DNA of 32,000 nt from Candidatus Electrothrix yaqonensis. GTDB taxonomy: Bacteria > Desulfobacterota > Desulfobulbia > Desulfobulbales > Desulfobulbaceae. The notes under the pieces were generated by a model, which did no database searches, had not been told where the DNA came from, and saw only the letters and a list, made by a program, of their open reading frames with translations. Where the stretch lies: positions 3,660,001-3,692,000 of the forward strand of contig CP178758.1 of assembly GCA_047651235.1 (NCBI GenBank), written 5' to 3'. Positions within the stretch are counted from its first letter, which is position 1. Every line of letters starts with the position of its first letter. Shown here one piece after another: positions 1 through 10,304 of this stretch. Position numbers and translations under genes: made by a program.

Positions 1-811
1 AATCAAGGACAAGGTGCGGCAGCGGCTGGACGAGCCGATTACCGAAATTCACATGGTCGGCGGTATTCATCCTGATCTGCCTTATTCCTATTATCTTGAG
101 GCCCTGCGCGGTATCAAGGAAGTGCGGCCGGAGGTCCATATTCAGGCCTTTACCTGCGTGGAGGTTCAGCATCTGGCGGATCTGAACGGCAAGTCTGTGG
201 GCGATACCTTGGAGGAACTCAAGGAGGCCGGTTTGGGGTCCATCCCCGGCGGCGGAGCCGAGGTGTTCAGTCCGCGCATCCGGGAACTCACCTGTCCGGA
301 AAAACTGAACGGACAGAGCTGGCTGCAGGTGGCCAAGACTGCGCACCGGCACGGTCTGAAGACCAATGCCACCATGCTCTACGGCCATATCGAGACCATT
401 GATGAGCGGCTGGAGCATCTGGATGCCCTGCGCACGGCTCAGGACGAAACCGGCGGTTTTCTCACCTATATTCCCTTGGCCTTTCATCCGAAAAATACGG
501 CGATGTCGCAGTATGCCCAAACGACCGGCATGGAAGACCTGAAGAATATTGCCGTAGCCCGGCTGATGCTGGACAATTTCCCGCATATCAAGGCGTACTG
601 GGTGATGATCGGGCCGAAGCTGGCCCAGGTGGCCCTTTCATTCGGCGCGGATGATCTGGACGGCACGGTCAAAGAGGAGATTATTACCCGGATGGCGGGC
701 GGGGAGAGCGAGCAGGCTCTGGGGCACAAGACGCTGCTCCGGCTGATCAAGGAAGCGGGACGGGAGCCGGTGGAGCGGGATACCCTGTATGAGGTATTAG
801 GGAGGTTTTGA
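1..811 (+). CDS. Radical SAM enzyme of the MqnC/MqnE/CofH family (futalosine-pathway type), C-terminal ~265 aa; the 5' end lies outside the window
   Basis: The frame is open to the left edge (continues through nt 2). The translation has blocks I recognise from this TIM-barrel radical SAM family: HMVGGIHPDLPYSYY, AFTCVE, GLGSIPGGGAEVF, NATMLYGHIET, GADDLDGT. The CxxxCxxC cluster motif would lie upstream of the window, so MqnC and MqnE cannot be told apart here. Confidence 0.75.
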   Translation, partial: IKDKVRQRLDEPITEIHMVGGIHPDLPYSYYLEALRGIKEVRPEVHIQAFTCVEVQHLADLNGKSVGDTLEELKEAGLGSIPGGGAEVFSPRIRELTCPEKLNGQSWLQVAKTAHRHGLKTNATMLYGHIETIDERLEHLDALRTAQDETGGFLTYIPLAFHPKNTAMSQYAQTTGMEDLKNIAVARLMLDNFPHIKAYWVMIGPKLAQVALSFGADDLDGTVKEEIITRMAGGESEQALGHKTLLRLIKEAGREPVERDTLYEVLGRF

Positions 812-842
812 GGTGGGTGCAGACTGGCCGCCTTTCTGCATG

Positions 843-1178
843 TCATACGGAACGCCCTTGCGTGTAAACGCATTTTAAGGCCGAAGCTTTCACGCTCTGA
901 CTGTCCACGCTTCCGGCGGACGGCTCCTTATCCTTTCCCTGCCTTTTTCTCTCCTGTTTCCGCATGGAATCCATAATCTTTTCCCATATTTTCTCCTTCG
1001 ACCATTTCCTGAAGTATCCGTAGACCGTACTCCACGGCTCGAACTCCTTCGGGAGCATCCTCCACTGACAACCTGTTCTGTTCACATATAAAATACCGTT
1101 CACAATTACCCGGAGGTCACGTGTCGGCCTTCCAGGTTTCCCCGGACCGCTTTTCGGTTCCGGAAAAAAAAGAAGCAA
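843..1178 (-). pseudogene. IS5-family transposase relic: N-terminal DUF4096-like part only, truncated at both ends
   Basis: GRPTRDLRVIVNGILYVNRTGCQWRMLPKEFEPWSTVYGYFRKWSKEKIWEKI is the conserved IS5/IS4-type OrfA region. Similarity stops right after VDSQSVKAS, where the DDE domain should begin. The usual N-terminal LTDEQW segment is absent. The ORF starts on a TTG only by ORF-finder convention. Confidence 0.7.
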
Positions 1179-1411
1179 CCCGCTTCGGACCCCGCAGGGC
1201 AGGCATAGTTCAGGCTGTGGCTGTCTATTCTGTCGTATAGATATATGATATTAAAATATAATGATGTTTAATTTGCACTCTGATATGAGAAAATCTATCT
1301 GTCGATGGGTCTCGGACAAAGGCCAACTTTATCCGAGTCTATTATCACACGGGACGCGGCATATAAAAAAATCTAAATTCGAAACCGATGAAGCAGAGTT
1401 TCTCCTTTTCT

Positions 1412-1440
1412 TTGGAAATTATCATCAAAAGTCGTATAGT
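1412..1440 (+). promoter_or_regulatory. Candidate sigma70-type promoter for birA (TTGGAA-N17-TATAGT)
   Basis: TTGGAA at 1412-1417, a 17-nt spacer, TATAGT at 1435-1440, about 50 nt upstream of the birA ATG. The region is AT-rich, so a chance match is possible. Confidence 0.3.
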
Positions 1441-1492
1441 ATAATCTCAAATCCGTTGTTGACAGGAGGTAAACGCGCCGGAAGCGTCGCTT

Positions 1493-2281
1493 ATGCAGGA
1501 ACATCTTTATTGTCATTTTCAGGCTGTTGACTCCACCAATACCCTGGCTGTCCGGCTGGCGGAACAGGGGGCTGAACACGGCACGGTCATTCATGCCGAC
1601 TGCCAGACAGGGGGCCGGGGCCGGGGCGGACGGCGGTTTGTTTCCCCTGCGGGCGGACTGTATTTTTCCCTGATCCTGCGGCCGGAGATCGATCTCTGTG
1701 CGCTGCCCCTGATTACCCTGGCTGCCGGGACAGCCCTCTGTAGCTGTCTGAGAGCAGCGGCAGATGTGCCGGTGCAGATCAAATGGCCCAATGACCTGTA
1801 TCTTCAGGATCGGAAACTTGCCGGTATCCTTACGGAGTCCGGGCCGATCCGGCATGGCCGGACAGATTTTGTCGTCATCGGGGCAGGCATAAATGTCACC
1901 ACGGCACCGGAACAGTTTCCGGCTGATCTGCGGCAGAAAAGTACTTCCTTGGCTGCTGTTGCTGCCCGTTGTCCGGAAAGAGAAAAATTGCTGCCGCTAC
2001 TTGTTGACGCCCTATGTGCAGCTGTCCGGCGGCTGCGTGACGATAACGATAAAGACGCTCTGCTTGCCGAATGGCGCAGTTTTGATTATCTCCGGAAACG
2101 GCCGCTGCAGTATGTCTGCCATGATACAGTGATTCCGGCCACAGGCGTCGGCCTTGCCGATGACGGACTGTATCGCATACTTGATGCGCAGGGAAAGGAA
2201 CACCGGATACCGGCGGGTGACCTGAACCCCATCCGACTGCCCTTATGGAGAAACGTTATAAAGGAAATGGGAACAGCATGA
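1493..2281 (+). CDS. birA: Biotin--[acetyl-CoA-carboxylase] ligase, class I (no N-terminal HTH)
   Basis: 262 aa. Has the DSTN motif, the biotin-binding GRGRGGRRF (GRGRxGR) motif, KWPNDLY..KLAGILTE, and a C-terminal SH3-like tail. Confidence 0.85.
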   Translation: MQEHLYCHFQAVDSTNTLAVRLAEQGAEHGTVIHADCQTGGRGRGGRRFVSPAGGLYFSLILRPEIDLCALPLITLAAGTALCSCLRAAADVPVQIKWPNDLYLQDRKLAGILTESGPIRHGRTDFVVIGAGINVTTAPEQFPADLRQKSTSLAAVAARCPEREKLLPLLVDALCAAVRRLRDDNDKDALLAEWRSFDYLRKRPLQYVCHDTVIPATGVGLADDGLYRILDAQGKEHRIPAGDLNPIRLPLWRNVIKEMGTA

Positions 2282-2315
2282 AGAAAAGAAGGAACAACAA
2301 GGTATAATAGAAAAA

Positions 2316-3326
2316 ATGGAACAGAAAACATTCAAAGCCCTAGTGGTGCGTGGAGATGAAAAACAGGGATTTGTCCGGGCAGTGGAGGAGCGCAACCTTG
2401 CCGATCTTCCGGCCGGAGAGGTCCTGATCCGGGTTCATTTTTCCTCGCTGAATTATAAGGATGCCCTGTCTGCTGCCGGCAATCGCGGCGTGACCAGAAA
2501 ATATCCTCATACACCGGGGATTGATGCAGCTGGGGTGGTTGCCCGATCAGCCTCGGATCAGTTTGCCGAGGGGGATGAGGTTATCTGCATGGGCTATGAT
2601 CTCGGCATGAATACGCCCGGCGGTTTTGCCGAATATATTTCTGTTCCTGCCGACTGGGTACTTGCCCGGCCGGATAATATTTCCCTGTATCAGACCATGC
2701 AGATCGGCACCGCCGGTTTTACGGCGGCCCAGTGCGTGGAACGGCTGATTTCTTTCGGGGTGCGGTCGGATCAGGGACCGATCTTAGTGACCGGCGCCAC
2801 CGGAGGGGTCGGTTCCATCGCAGCTGTCCTGCTGAGCAAGCTCGGTTTTCAGGTTACAGCGGTCACGGGCAAGGAAAGTGCGCATGATTTTTTTCGGGAT
2901 CTGGGTTGTACAGACATCCTGACCCGGAAACAGGCGGCTGGCCGGACAGGAGCTGCCATGCTCAGAGAACGTTGGGCAGGCGTTGTGGACACCGTGGGCG
3001 GGGAGATACTGGCTGGGGCAATTAAAGCGACCCGATATAACGGTATCGTCACCTGCTGCGGCAATGCCGGATCCGGTGATCTGCCCCTGACGGTCTATCC
3101 CTTTATTCTGCGGGGCGTCTGCCTGGCTGGGATTGATTCGGCAAATTGCTCCATGGTCCACAGGGAAGAGATCTGGCAGCACCTTGCCGACGGGTGGCGT
3201 CCTGATATGCCGGAGAGTTTTACGCAATCTGTCCCGCTTGACCGGCTCAACCAGTATATTACCGCCATGCTTGCCGGAAAAAACAAAGGCAGGATCGTGG
3301 TTGATCTCGGAGGAGCTGCGGCATGA
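2316..3326 (+). CDS. yhdH: NADPH:quinone oxidoreductase-like MDR enzyme of the YhdH/YhfP (AcuI acrylyl-CoA reductase) family
   Basis: 336 aa, collinear with E. coli YhdH as I remember it: SSLNYKDAL, PGIDAAG, IGTAGFTAA, TGATGGVGS, CGNAGS..L..TVYPFILRGV.L.GIDS. Confidence 0.8.
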   Translation: MEQKTFKALVVRGDEKQGFVRAVEERNLADLPAGEVLIRVHFSSLNYKDALSAAGNRGVTRKYPHTPGIDAAGVVARSASDQFAEGDEVICMGYDLGMNTPGGFAEYISVPADWVLARPDNISLYQTMQIGTAGFTAAQCVERLISFGVRSDQGPILVTGATGGVGSIAAVLLSKLGFQVTAVTGKESAHDFFRDLGCTDILTRKQAAGRTGAAMLRERWAGVVDTVGGEILAGAIKATRYNGIVTCCGNAGSGDLPLTVYPFILRGVCLAGIDSANCSMVHREEIWQHLADGWRPDMPESFTQSVPLDRLNQYITAMLAGKNKGRIVVDLGGAAA

Positions 3327-4318
3327 CGGTAGAGGAAGCCCAAGAGGTTTTGAACATTGAAGCGGAAGGGATTTATGCGGTCCGCGATGCCTTGGGGCCT
3401 GAATTTCTCCGTGCTGTAGATCTGATCATGGCCTGTCCGAGCCGCTTGGTGATCACCGGGATCGGCAAGTCCGGACTTGTCGGGCAGAAGATTTCAGCCA
3501 CCCTGAACTCCACCGGGACACCGTCTTTTTTCCTTCATCCGGTGGAAGCCGTGCATGGTGATCTGGGTATGGTCAACCCGACTGACGTGGTGCTGGCGAT
3601 TTCCTATTCCGGTGAGACGGCTGAACTGAATCTTCTACTGAAGAGCCTGAAAAAACGCACTGTGCAGATTATCGCCATGACCGGCAATTCCACGTCTACT
3701 CTGGCGGAATATGCTGCAGTTACGCTCAATGTAGCTGTGCCGAGAGAGGCCTGTCCGCTCGGCCTTGCCCCCACCACTTCAACCACAGCCACCCTTGCGC
3801 TGGGAGATGCTCTGGCTGTTGCTCTGCTTCGGCGCAAGCGGTTCAGGGCAGAAGATTTCCGGCGCAATCATCCGGGCGGCAGTTTGGGTGAACGGCTCAA
3901 GGTGGCTGTCCGGGAGGTGATGCTGACCGGTGACAGAGTGCCGCTGATCCGGGAGGATGAGAATCTGCCGACTGCGGTCATTGAGCTGAACAGCAAGAAT
4001 CTGGGCGCAGTGCTGGTGGTTACGGAATCCGGCAGGCTCTGCGGCATTATTACCGACGGCGACCTCAGGCGGCACCTGCTGCAGGGCGGTCTGCTGGCGG
4101 GAGAGAACAAATCAGAAACCAACGGAAAAAAGCTCACCGACGTGATGACCCGGCAGCCGGTGAGCATTGATCAGGACATTATGGCGGCGGACGCGCTCAG
4201 CCTGATGCAGAGTAAGGATATCACCGTGCTCGCTGTGGTGGACAGGGACGGCAGGGTAGAGGGCATTCTCCATCTGCATGATCTGTTGGGAAAAGGCGAG
4301 TTCCGTTTTCTGATCTGA
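3323..4318 (+). CDS. kdsD: KpsF/GutQ-family arabinose-5-phosphate isomerase (SIS domain plus tandem CBS domains)
   Basis: 331 aa. SIS motifs are present (VITGIGKSG, HPVEAVHGDLG, ISYSGET), followed by HPGGSLG and two CBS repeats. A 4-nt ATGA overlap with the upstream gene suggests an operon. Confidence 0.85.
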   Translation: MTVEEAQEVLNIEAEGIYAVRDALGPEFLRAVDLIMACPSRLVITGIGKSGLVGQKISATLNSTGTPSFFLHPVEAVHGDLGMVNPTDVVLAISYSGETAELNLLLKSLKKRTVQIIAMTGNSTSTLAEYAAVTLNVAVPREACPLGLAPTTSTTATLALGDALAVALLRRKRFRAEDFRRNHPGGSLGERLKVAVREVMLTGDRVPLIREDENLPTAVIELNSKNLGAVLVVTESGRLCGIITDGDLRRHLLQGGLLAGENKSETNGKKLTDVMTRQPVSIDQDIMAADALSLMQSKDITVLAVVDRDGRVEGILHLHDLLGKGEFRFLI

Positions 4319-4350
4319 GCTGACAGGAAATTATCCGGGAGAGCAGAACA

Positions 4351-5424
4351 ATGCAGATCTGTCCGAAATGCAAAGAGAAAACAGATACTGAGAATTCTAC
4401 AGCATGTTCGTCCTGCGGTCTTGTTTTTGCGGAATATGAACAGAGAAAGAAGGCGGAAACCGGTCAGGTCTATCAGCTGATCGGTGCGGGAAAACTGCAG
4501 GAGGCCAAAGAGCTGGCAGAAAAACTTTCTCTGGAATTTCCGGAAAGCAAAGGAGAATTTATCCTTCTGATCTCCAATATCAACCGGGATATCAATATTA
4601 CGGAAAAATACCGGCAGGCCAAAGATCTCTTCAATCAGGGCGACTATAGCGGCACAGTGCTGCTGCTCAGAAATATACGGGCCTTTGATCCCGGACTGGA
4701 GGAAAAGGTTATCTCTCTGCGCCGCAAGGCGGAGCGGCAGAACGAAGACAGCGGCAAATTCAGACAGGCGGTCGAGTTTTTTCAGCAGGAGCAGTACGGA
4801 GCTGCAAAGGAACTGTTTCTCGCAGTCCGGGGAGAACGGCATCAGGAGGAAGTTGCTGAATATCTGCACAAACTATATGCTGTTCGAACAGAGCTGATCA
4901 GCGGAGTTATTGCGGCTCTGCGGGAAAATAATCTTCTTTTTGCTCAGGAAAAATTTAACGAGGTGCTGACAATCTTTCCGGATGCAGACGGGAAGTATAC
5001 AGCCATTGCCACTGTGCTGCAGCAGAAAAAAGAGATCAGCGATCGGATTCTTGAAGCTGCCGGGACGGCAAGAAAACAGGGGCGGCTTCTGGAGGCCAAG
5101 GTCATGTATTCGTTTCTCTCTTGGCAGCATCATGAGCTGCGCCCGAAATTACGGCCGTATCTGGATGAGATCGATAAAAACATTGTTGTCAGTCTGGCTG
5201 ATTATGACCGGAAGAACCACATTGATCTGACCGGAACCGGCCTCCGGATCGATGAGAACGGCTTTCTGCTTGCAGCACCGAGCAAACAGCAATCTCTGGA
5301 CGACAATGCTCCGACCGGACATGACGCCCATATTGCTCCTGTCTATATCTGCCCGGAGCCGCTGACTGATCCTCCCTGCCTGCCTGTTAATATTGGCGGC
5401 GAGGAAATTTCTGATTTTACCTGA
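4351..5424 (+). CDS. Hypothetical protein with an N-terminal zinc ribbon (CPKC..x13..CSSC) and helical-repeat (TPR-like) body
   Basis: 357-aa ORF with no competing frame. It has a CxxC...CxxC pair at the N-terminus and repeated ~35-aa helical segments. I recognise no family. Confidence 0.5.
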   Translation: MQICPKCKEKTDTENSTACSSCGLVFAEYEQRKKAETGQVYQLIGAGKLQEAKELAEKLSLEFPESKGEFILLISNINRDINITEKYRQAKDLFNQGDYSGTVLLLRNIRAFDPGLEEKVISLRRKAERQNEDSGKFRQAVEFFQQEQYGAAKELFLAVRGERHQEEVAEYLHKLYAVRTELISGVIAALRENNLLFAQEKFNEVLTIFPDADGKYTAIATVLQQKKEISDRILEAAGTARKQGRLLEAKVMYSFLSWQHHELRPKLRPYLDEIDKNIVVSLADYDRKNHIDLTGTGLRIDENGFLLAAPSKQQSLDDNAPTGHDAHIAPVYICPEPLTDPPCLPVNIGGEEISDFT

Positions 5425-5516
5425 AGCAATCTGCTGTTAAGGGGGGATCGGGACATATTTTTAATGGAAGACGGGAGCAGGAACGTAACGAAAACACCAA
5501 CAAATTCATAATCAAA

Positions 5517-6827
5517 ATGGGACATATTACAACCTCTGAAAACAACTATCGATTTCTGCAGCAACGCCTGTCGCAGAAAGTGCAGGGAAACCGAGAATCT
5601 GAAACATTGATAAAAATTCTGCAGATCTTATTTTCCCCTGAAGATGCGGCTCTTGCCGGAAAACTTCCTCACAGCCTCACCCCTGTTGATGTGTTATCCA
5701 GAAATCTCAATATATCGGAAAAATATCTGCATGAGAAATTGACAGAAATGGCCCGTCGGGGCGTTATTTTAGATGTGGAATACAAAGGCCGCCGGTATGT
5801 GACCCTGCCTCCGGTAGTTATCGGTTTTTTTGAATTAGTTTTTATGCGGGCCCGTCCGGATATTCCGATGAAGGAATTGGCTGATCTTTTTCAGAGATAC
5901 TTCGACGAAAAGGATGGTTCTCTTTTTCGATCATTCTGGCAGGGACAGACTCAGCTCACACGGACGTTTGTCATGGAGGAGACAATACCGCAGATTGACC
6001 ATGCAGAAATTCTGGACTGGGAAAAAGCAACGCATATTATCTCCACCGCAACGGCAATATCTGTCAGCAAATGTCAATGTCATCATACAGCACAACATCA
6101 CGGAAGAGCCTGCGATAAACCAGAAGAAGTGTGCCTGAGCTTTCATTATATTGCAGAGAGTCTGTCAAGAAATGGTCATGCGCGAGCTATATCACAAGAT
6201 GAAGCAATGGACATACTCAGCAGGTGCAAAGAACATAATCTGGTCCAGATCGGAGATAATGTTCAGCGCAAAGTGACTTTTATCTGCAACTGCTGCTCAT
6301 GCTGCTGCCACCTGCTCAGAGGTATCCGAGACTATGATATCAGTAATGGTGTTGTTTCCTCAAACTGGATTATGCAGGTCGATCTTTCCACATGCACCGG
6401 ATGCGGCAAGTGCGTTAAAGCATGCCCTGTCAATGCAATACGGATTGAGGCAAGCGAAGATGAAGGCAGAAAGAAGAGATGGGCAGTCCGTGATGCGGAG
6501 ATCTGTCTGGGATGCGGTGTCTGTACGAAAGTATGCAGAAGCGGGGCAGCCGTTATGCAGCCCCGTGCCCAGAGGATCATTGCGCCGGAAACCGTTTTTG
6601 ATCAGCAGATAGCAATGGCTGTAGAGCGGGGCAAACTGGCGGATCTGCTTTTTGATGATCCGGAAAGACTCAGTCATCGGGCATTAGGAAGGATCGTCAG
6701 TCTGATTGAAAAATCTGCGCCCTTCAGAGCAGCAATGGCTTCGGAATCGATAAAATCGTCCTGTGTAAACGTTCTGGTTAAGGGTGCAAAGAAACGACTT
6801 GGCGATATTGCAGATCAAATTGCATAA
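5517..6827 (+). CDS. Cys-rich 4Fe-4S dicluster domain protein with an N-terminal wHTH-like region
   Basis: 436 aa. Two ferredoxin motifs, CTGCGKCVKACP and CLGCGVCTKVCR. Upstream of them are CQCHH...C...C and an unusual CNCCSCCCH cluster. Confidence 0.65.
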   Translation: MGHITTSENNYRFLQQRLSQKVQGNRESETLIKILQILFSPEDAALAGKLPHSLTPVDVLSRNLNISEKYLHEKLTEMARRGVILDVEYKGRRYVTLPPVVIGFFELVFMRARPDIPMKELADLFQRYFDEKDGSLFRSFWQGQTQLTRTFVMEETIPQIDHAEILDWEKATHIISTATAISVSKCQCHHTAQHHGRACDKPEEVCLSFHYIAESLSRNGHARAISQDEAMDILSRCKEHNLVQIGDNVQRKVTFICNCCSCCCHLLRGIRDYDISNGVVSSNWIMQVDLSTCTGCGKCVKACPVNAIRIEASEDEGRKKRWAVRDAEICLGCGVCTKVCRSGAAVMQPRAQRIIAPETVFDQQIAMAVERGKLADLLFDDPERLSHRALGRIVSLIEKSAPFRAAMASESIKSSCVNVLVKGAKKRLGDIADQIA

Positions 6828-6962
6828 GTGTCCTCGGCTATCGGCAGAATACCCTGCACGGGAGTGCCGGATATCTCGGAAAAGACATTACTTCACTTCA
6901 CTCTATTCCGCTTGGTTGCATCAGGAACATTCCATACAGGAGAGTTGGCACTTATTTACATG

Positions 6963-9900
6963 TTACGCTTCTTTCTCTCCCGCCAGTACCACATACATCT
7001 CCATCCTCTTCCGTTCAAATCTTTCCCTTCCCGCCGCAAACATCTCCTTGCTCCGCTCTATCAGGAAATAGAGCACCGGCACGACCACCAGGGTCAGGAA
7101 GGTGGCGACCAAGAGGCCGAAGATGACCACCACGGCCATGGACTGCCACCACTGACTGGACTCGCTGACCCAGGAGATGCGCAGGTTGCGGAAGTCGTAG
7201 GAGACCCCGGTGACCATAGGGATCAGGCCCAGCACCGTGGTCACGGCGGTAAGCAGAACAGGGCGCAGGCGGGTGGCACCGGCAGAAACCACCGCCTCCA
7301 GCAGGGCAAAGCCGCTTTCCCGCAGCTTATTGGTGTAATCGATCAGGACAATGGCGTTGTTCACCACCACTCCGGCCAGGGAAATCACCCCGATACCGGT
7401 CATGATAATACCGAAGGGCTGGCGGTAGAGCATCAGGCCGAGGAAGGCTCCGCCCATGGACAGGATCACTGAACTCATGATGATAAAGGGCTGGCTCACC
7501 GAGTTGAACTGGGTCACCAAGATCAGGAAGATGAGAAACAGGGCAATGACAAAGGCTTGGCTGAGGAATTCCTGGGATTCCTGCTGGTCTTGTTTTCCCC
7601 CGGTAAAACGGACCGTGTAGCCCGGGGGCAGGGGCATGTCGGCCAGCAGCTTCTCAGCCTGCTCCCGGACCACCGGCCCGGGAACCTTGGTCTCATCCAC
7701 ATTGGCCGTGACCGTGACCGTGCGCTGATTATTGATCCGGTTGATATTGCCCAGAGAACCGGTAAAATCCACTGTCGCCAGGGTGGACAGGGGAACGATA
7801 ACCCCGCTGGGTGTGGGGATCATGAATTCGCGTAGTACATCATCGACCCGGCGGTCCTCTTCCGGCAGCTGCACCGTGATGTCGTAATCCTCATTCCCTT
7901 CCCGGAACGAGGAGATTGCCAGCCCGTTATAGGATGTTTTGATGGCAGAGCCTATTGCGCTGGTGCTCAGGCCGAATAGGGCTGCCTTCTGCCGGTCGAT
8001 TCTGATTCTGACCGACGGCGTCCCTTCCACGAAGTTATCGCGAATATCCTCGACATGAGGTGTCTTTTCCAGAACAGCTCTGATCTCCTTGGCAATCGAG
8101 CCGAGCACAGTAAAATTATCGCCGCTGATCTCAATATTGATTGCCGCGCCCGTGGGCGGGCCTTGCGCCTCCATAGCCACGGTGATCTTGGCCCCGGCAA
8201 TATCCCTGAGTCGCTTCCGGATATCCTCCACTGTCTCGTAGGTGGAACGGGAGCGGTCTTCCAGATCAAGAAAGCGGATGCCCACATGGTTCGGGGTGTT
8301 GGGATCAAAGGCTGAACCGCCCCCGGTGGAGCTGACCGCCTTGCTGTAGATGGTCTTCACGTTGTCCAGATCACTGGGGCCGGTGGATGATTCTGCAGAA
8401 TGATCGGTGAGGGCGAAAGATTTTTCGTCCTTACTCTTATTGGCAAATGATTCGCCCCTACGCTCGCCTGCCACAGCCTCCTCGATCTGGCGAAGAATGC
8501 CGTCAATATAGTTCAGATCTGCGCCTTCCGGCATATCTGTGTTCACGTAAATTCCCTTGGGATCAATATCCGGAAAAAATTCCTTAGGCTTTTCAATACC
8601 CACCACCAGGAGCCAGCCCTGAACCATGAAGACCAGCAAGAAAACAGCAGCAGCAACTAAGGCAAGGGGATGGGCCAGGCAGAACTTGAGCAGCCCGGCA
8701 TAGGAGCGCAGCAGAGGTCCTTGGATGGTTACCGGCTGCTCTCCGGCCGCTTCCACCTCGGCAGAGGAGACCGACCGCACCTGCTTGGCGCTCTTCATGA
8801 ACAGGGAGGCCAGGGCCGGATTGATCACCAAGGCCACAAACAGACTGGAGGACAGGGTGATGATCAGAGTCTGGGGCAGATAGCCCATAAACTCACCCAT
8901 AATGCCGGGCCAGAAGAGCATGGGCGAAAACACAGCCAGGGTGGTCAGGGTGGACCCGATGACCGGCATAGCCACCTCTGAGGTTGCCTTCATGGCTGCC
9001 TCTGCTCTGGGCACACCCTGTTCCATAAAGCGATAGATATTCTCAATGATCACAATGGCGTTATCCACCAACATGCCCAGGGCCAGGGTCAGACTGAACA
9101 GGACCACCATATTCAGGGTGATGCCCAAAAGCTGGAGCATGGTAAAGGAAAGGAGCATGGAAAAGGGGATGGCCATGCTCACCAGCAGGGCATTACGGAT
9201 TCCCATGGCAAAGAAGATCACGACCACCACCAGAACCAGGCCAGAGAGGATGTTATTTTCCAGATCTGCCACATTGGCTTTTGTTTCCTTGGCCTTGTCC
9301 AGCACCTTGGTAATGGTGGTTCCACTGGGCCAGCTCGGCCGCTTTTTGTGCAGGATGTCTTCAACCGCATCGGCAATGGCGATAATGTTCTCGCCGGAAC
9401 GTTTCTTGACCGCGATATTCACTGCAGGCAGGCTGTTAAGCCGGGACCGGCTGGTCTCCTCTTTAAAGGTGTCCAGCACCCTTGCCACATCCCGTGCATA
9501 GACTGGCTGCCCGTCGTGTGTCCCAATGACTAGGCCGTACAGCTCCTCTGGAGTGGTGAACTCGCCGGGCACCCGGACCTGAAATTTGCCGTCGCCCATA
9601 TGCAGAGCCCCGCCCGAGGTGTTGCTGTTTTCACCCTGAACAGCAGCCTGCACCGCAGGGATGCTCAGACCGAAATAGGCCAGCTTTTCCGGAAAGAATT
9701 CAATCCGGATCTCCCGTTCCCGCGCCCCGGTGATCTCTACGTCCAGCACGCCCGATACGCCCTCGATTTCGTCCTCCAGATCATCAGCGATTTCTTTAAG
9801 ACAGCGTTCGCCGCAGGTTCCGGCCAGAGAGAAGATCAGGATCGGTATTTCAGAAATATTGACCTCAAAGACATAGGGATCATCTTCCAGATCATTGGGC

Positions 9901-10256
9901 AGCTCGCCTTTTGCCTCATCCACCTTGTCCTTAACCTTGCGCAGGGCATCGTCGATATCCACGCCGGTGGTGAATTCCACATCGATCAAGGATTCGCCCT
10001 CGGAGCTGACCGACTTGATATTTTTGACCCCGTCCAGACTCTTGAGTTTATTTTCAATCTCAATGGTGATCGAGCTTTCAATATCGCCCGGAGCCACACC
10101 CCGGTAGGCGGTGGAGATAAAAACATGCGGGATGCTGACATCCGGCTCCGCCTCCCTGGGCAGGGTGAGGTAGCTGTACGTACCCATGACCAGGATCAGG
10201 GCGGCAAGGACCAGAACGGAAATGCTTTTTTTGACGGCAAGATCAGAGACTATCAT
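6963..10256 (-). CDS. RND efflux transporter permease (AcrB/AcrD/AcrF, HAE-type), full length
   Basis: 1097 aa with typical RND architecture. The N-terminal TM1 (SISVLVLAALILVMG) is followed by a large periplasmic loop, then TM2-6 with GLVLVVVVIFFAMG, a second loop, and TM8-12 with the VGLIPMV-type C-terminal block. Confidence 0.9.
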   Translation of the reverse strand: MIVSDLAVKKSISVLVLAALILVMGTYSYLTLPREAEPDVSIPHVFISTAYRGVAPGDIESSITIEIENKLKSLDGVKNIKSVSSEGESLIDVEFTTGVDIDDALRKVKDKVDEAKGELPNDLEDDPYVFEVNISEIPILIFSLAGTCGERCLKEIADDLEDEIEGVSGVLDVEITGAREREIRIEFFPEKLAYFGLSIPAVQAAVQGENSNTSGGALHMGDGKFQVRVPGEFTTPEELYGLVIGTHDGQPVYARDVARVLDTFKEETSRSRLNSLPAVNIAVKKRSGENIIAIADAVEDILHKKRPSWPSGTTITKVLDKAKETKANVADLENNILSGLVLVVVVIFFAMGIRNALLVSMAIPFSMLLSFTMLQLLGITLNMVVLFSLTLALGMLVDNAIVIIENIYRFMEQGVPRAEAAMKATSEVAMPVIGSTLTTLAVFSPMLFWPGIMGEFMGYLPQTLIITLSSSLFVALVINPALASLFMKSAKQVRSVSSAEVEAAGEQPVTIQGPLLRSYAGLLKFCLAHPLALVAAAVFLLVFMVQGWLLVVGIEKPKEFFPDIDPKGIYVNTDMPEGADLNYIDGILRQIEEAVAGERRGESFANKSKDEKSFALTDHSAESSTGPSDLDNVKTIYSKAVSSTGGGSAFDPNTPNHVGIRFLDLEDRSRSTYETVEDIRKRLRDIAGAKITVAMEAQGPPTGAAINIEISGDNFTVLGSIAKEIRAVLEKTPHVEDIRDNFVEGTPSVRIRIDRQKAALFGLSTSAIGSAIKTSYNGLAISSFREGNEDYDITVQLPEEDRRVDDVLREFMIPTPSGVIVPLSTLATVDFTGSLGNINRINNQRTVTVTANVDETKVPGPVVREQAEKLLADMPLPPGYTVRFTGGKQDQQESQEFLSQAFVIALFLIFLILVTQFNSVSQPFIIMSSVILSMGGAFLGLMLYRQPFGIIMTGIGVISLAGVVVNNAIVLIDYTNKLRESGFALLEAVVSAGATRLRPVLLTAVTTVLGLIPMVTGVSYDFRNLRISWVSESSQWWQSMAVVVIFGLLVATFLTLVVVPVLYFLIERSKEMFAAGRERFERKRMEMYVVLAGEKEA

Positions 10257-10304
10257 GGCGGGAACTCCCGTAGTGTTTTAAGCAGTAAATATTGACCGTG
10301 GTCG

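Noticed and set aside
1370-1390. TTCGAA-containing stretch as a possible tRNA T-arm
   Set aside because: The flanking sequence cannot be folded into acceptor, D or anticodon arms, and no GTTCGAATC-type T-loop context is present. I found no tRNA anywhere in the window.
1261-1855. ORFs 1261-1530 (+) and 1373-1855 (-) around the birA start
   Set aside because: The first lies in an AT-rich promoter-like spacer and runs into birA. The second is antisense to birA. Neither has motifs.
6828-10295. Several sizeable plus-strand ORFs (6828-7472, 8670-8981, 9046-9501, 9600-10295 and others)
   Set aside because: All lie antisense to the 1097-aa RND gene. Their translations are low-complexity (G/Q/H/D/R-rich) with no motifs, which is typical of shadow ORFs in GC-rich coding DNA.
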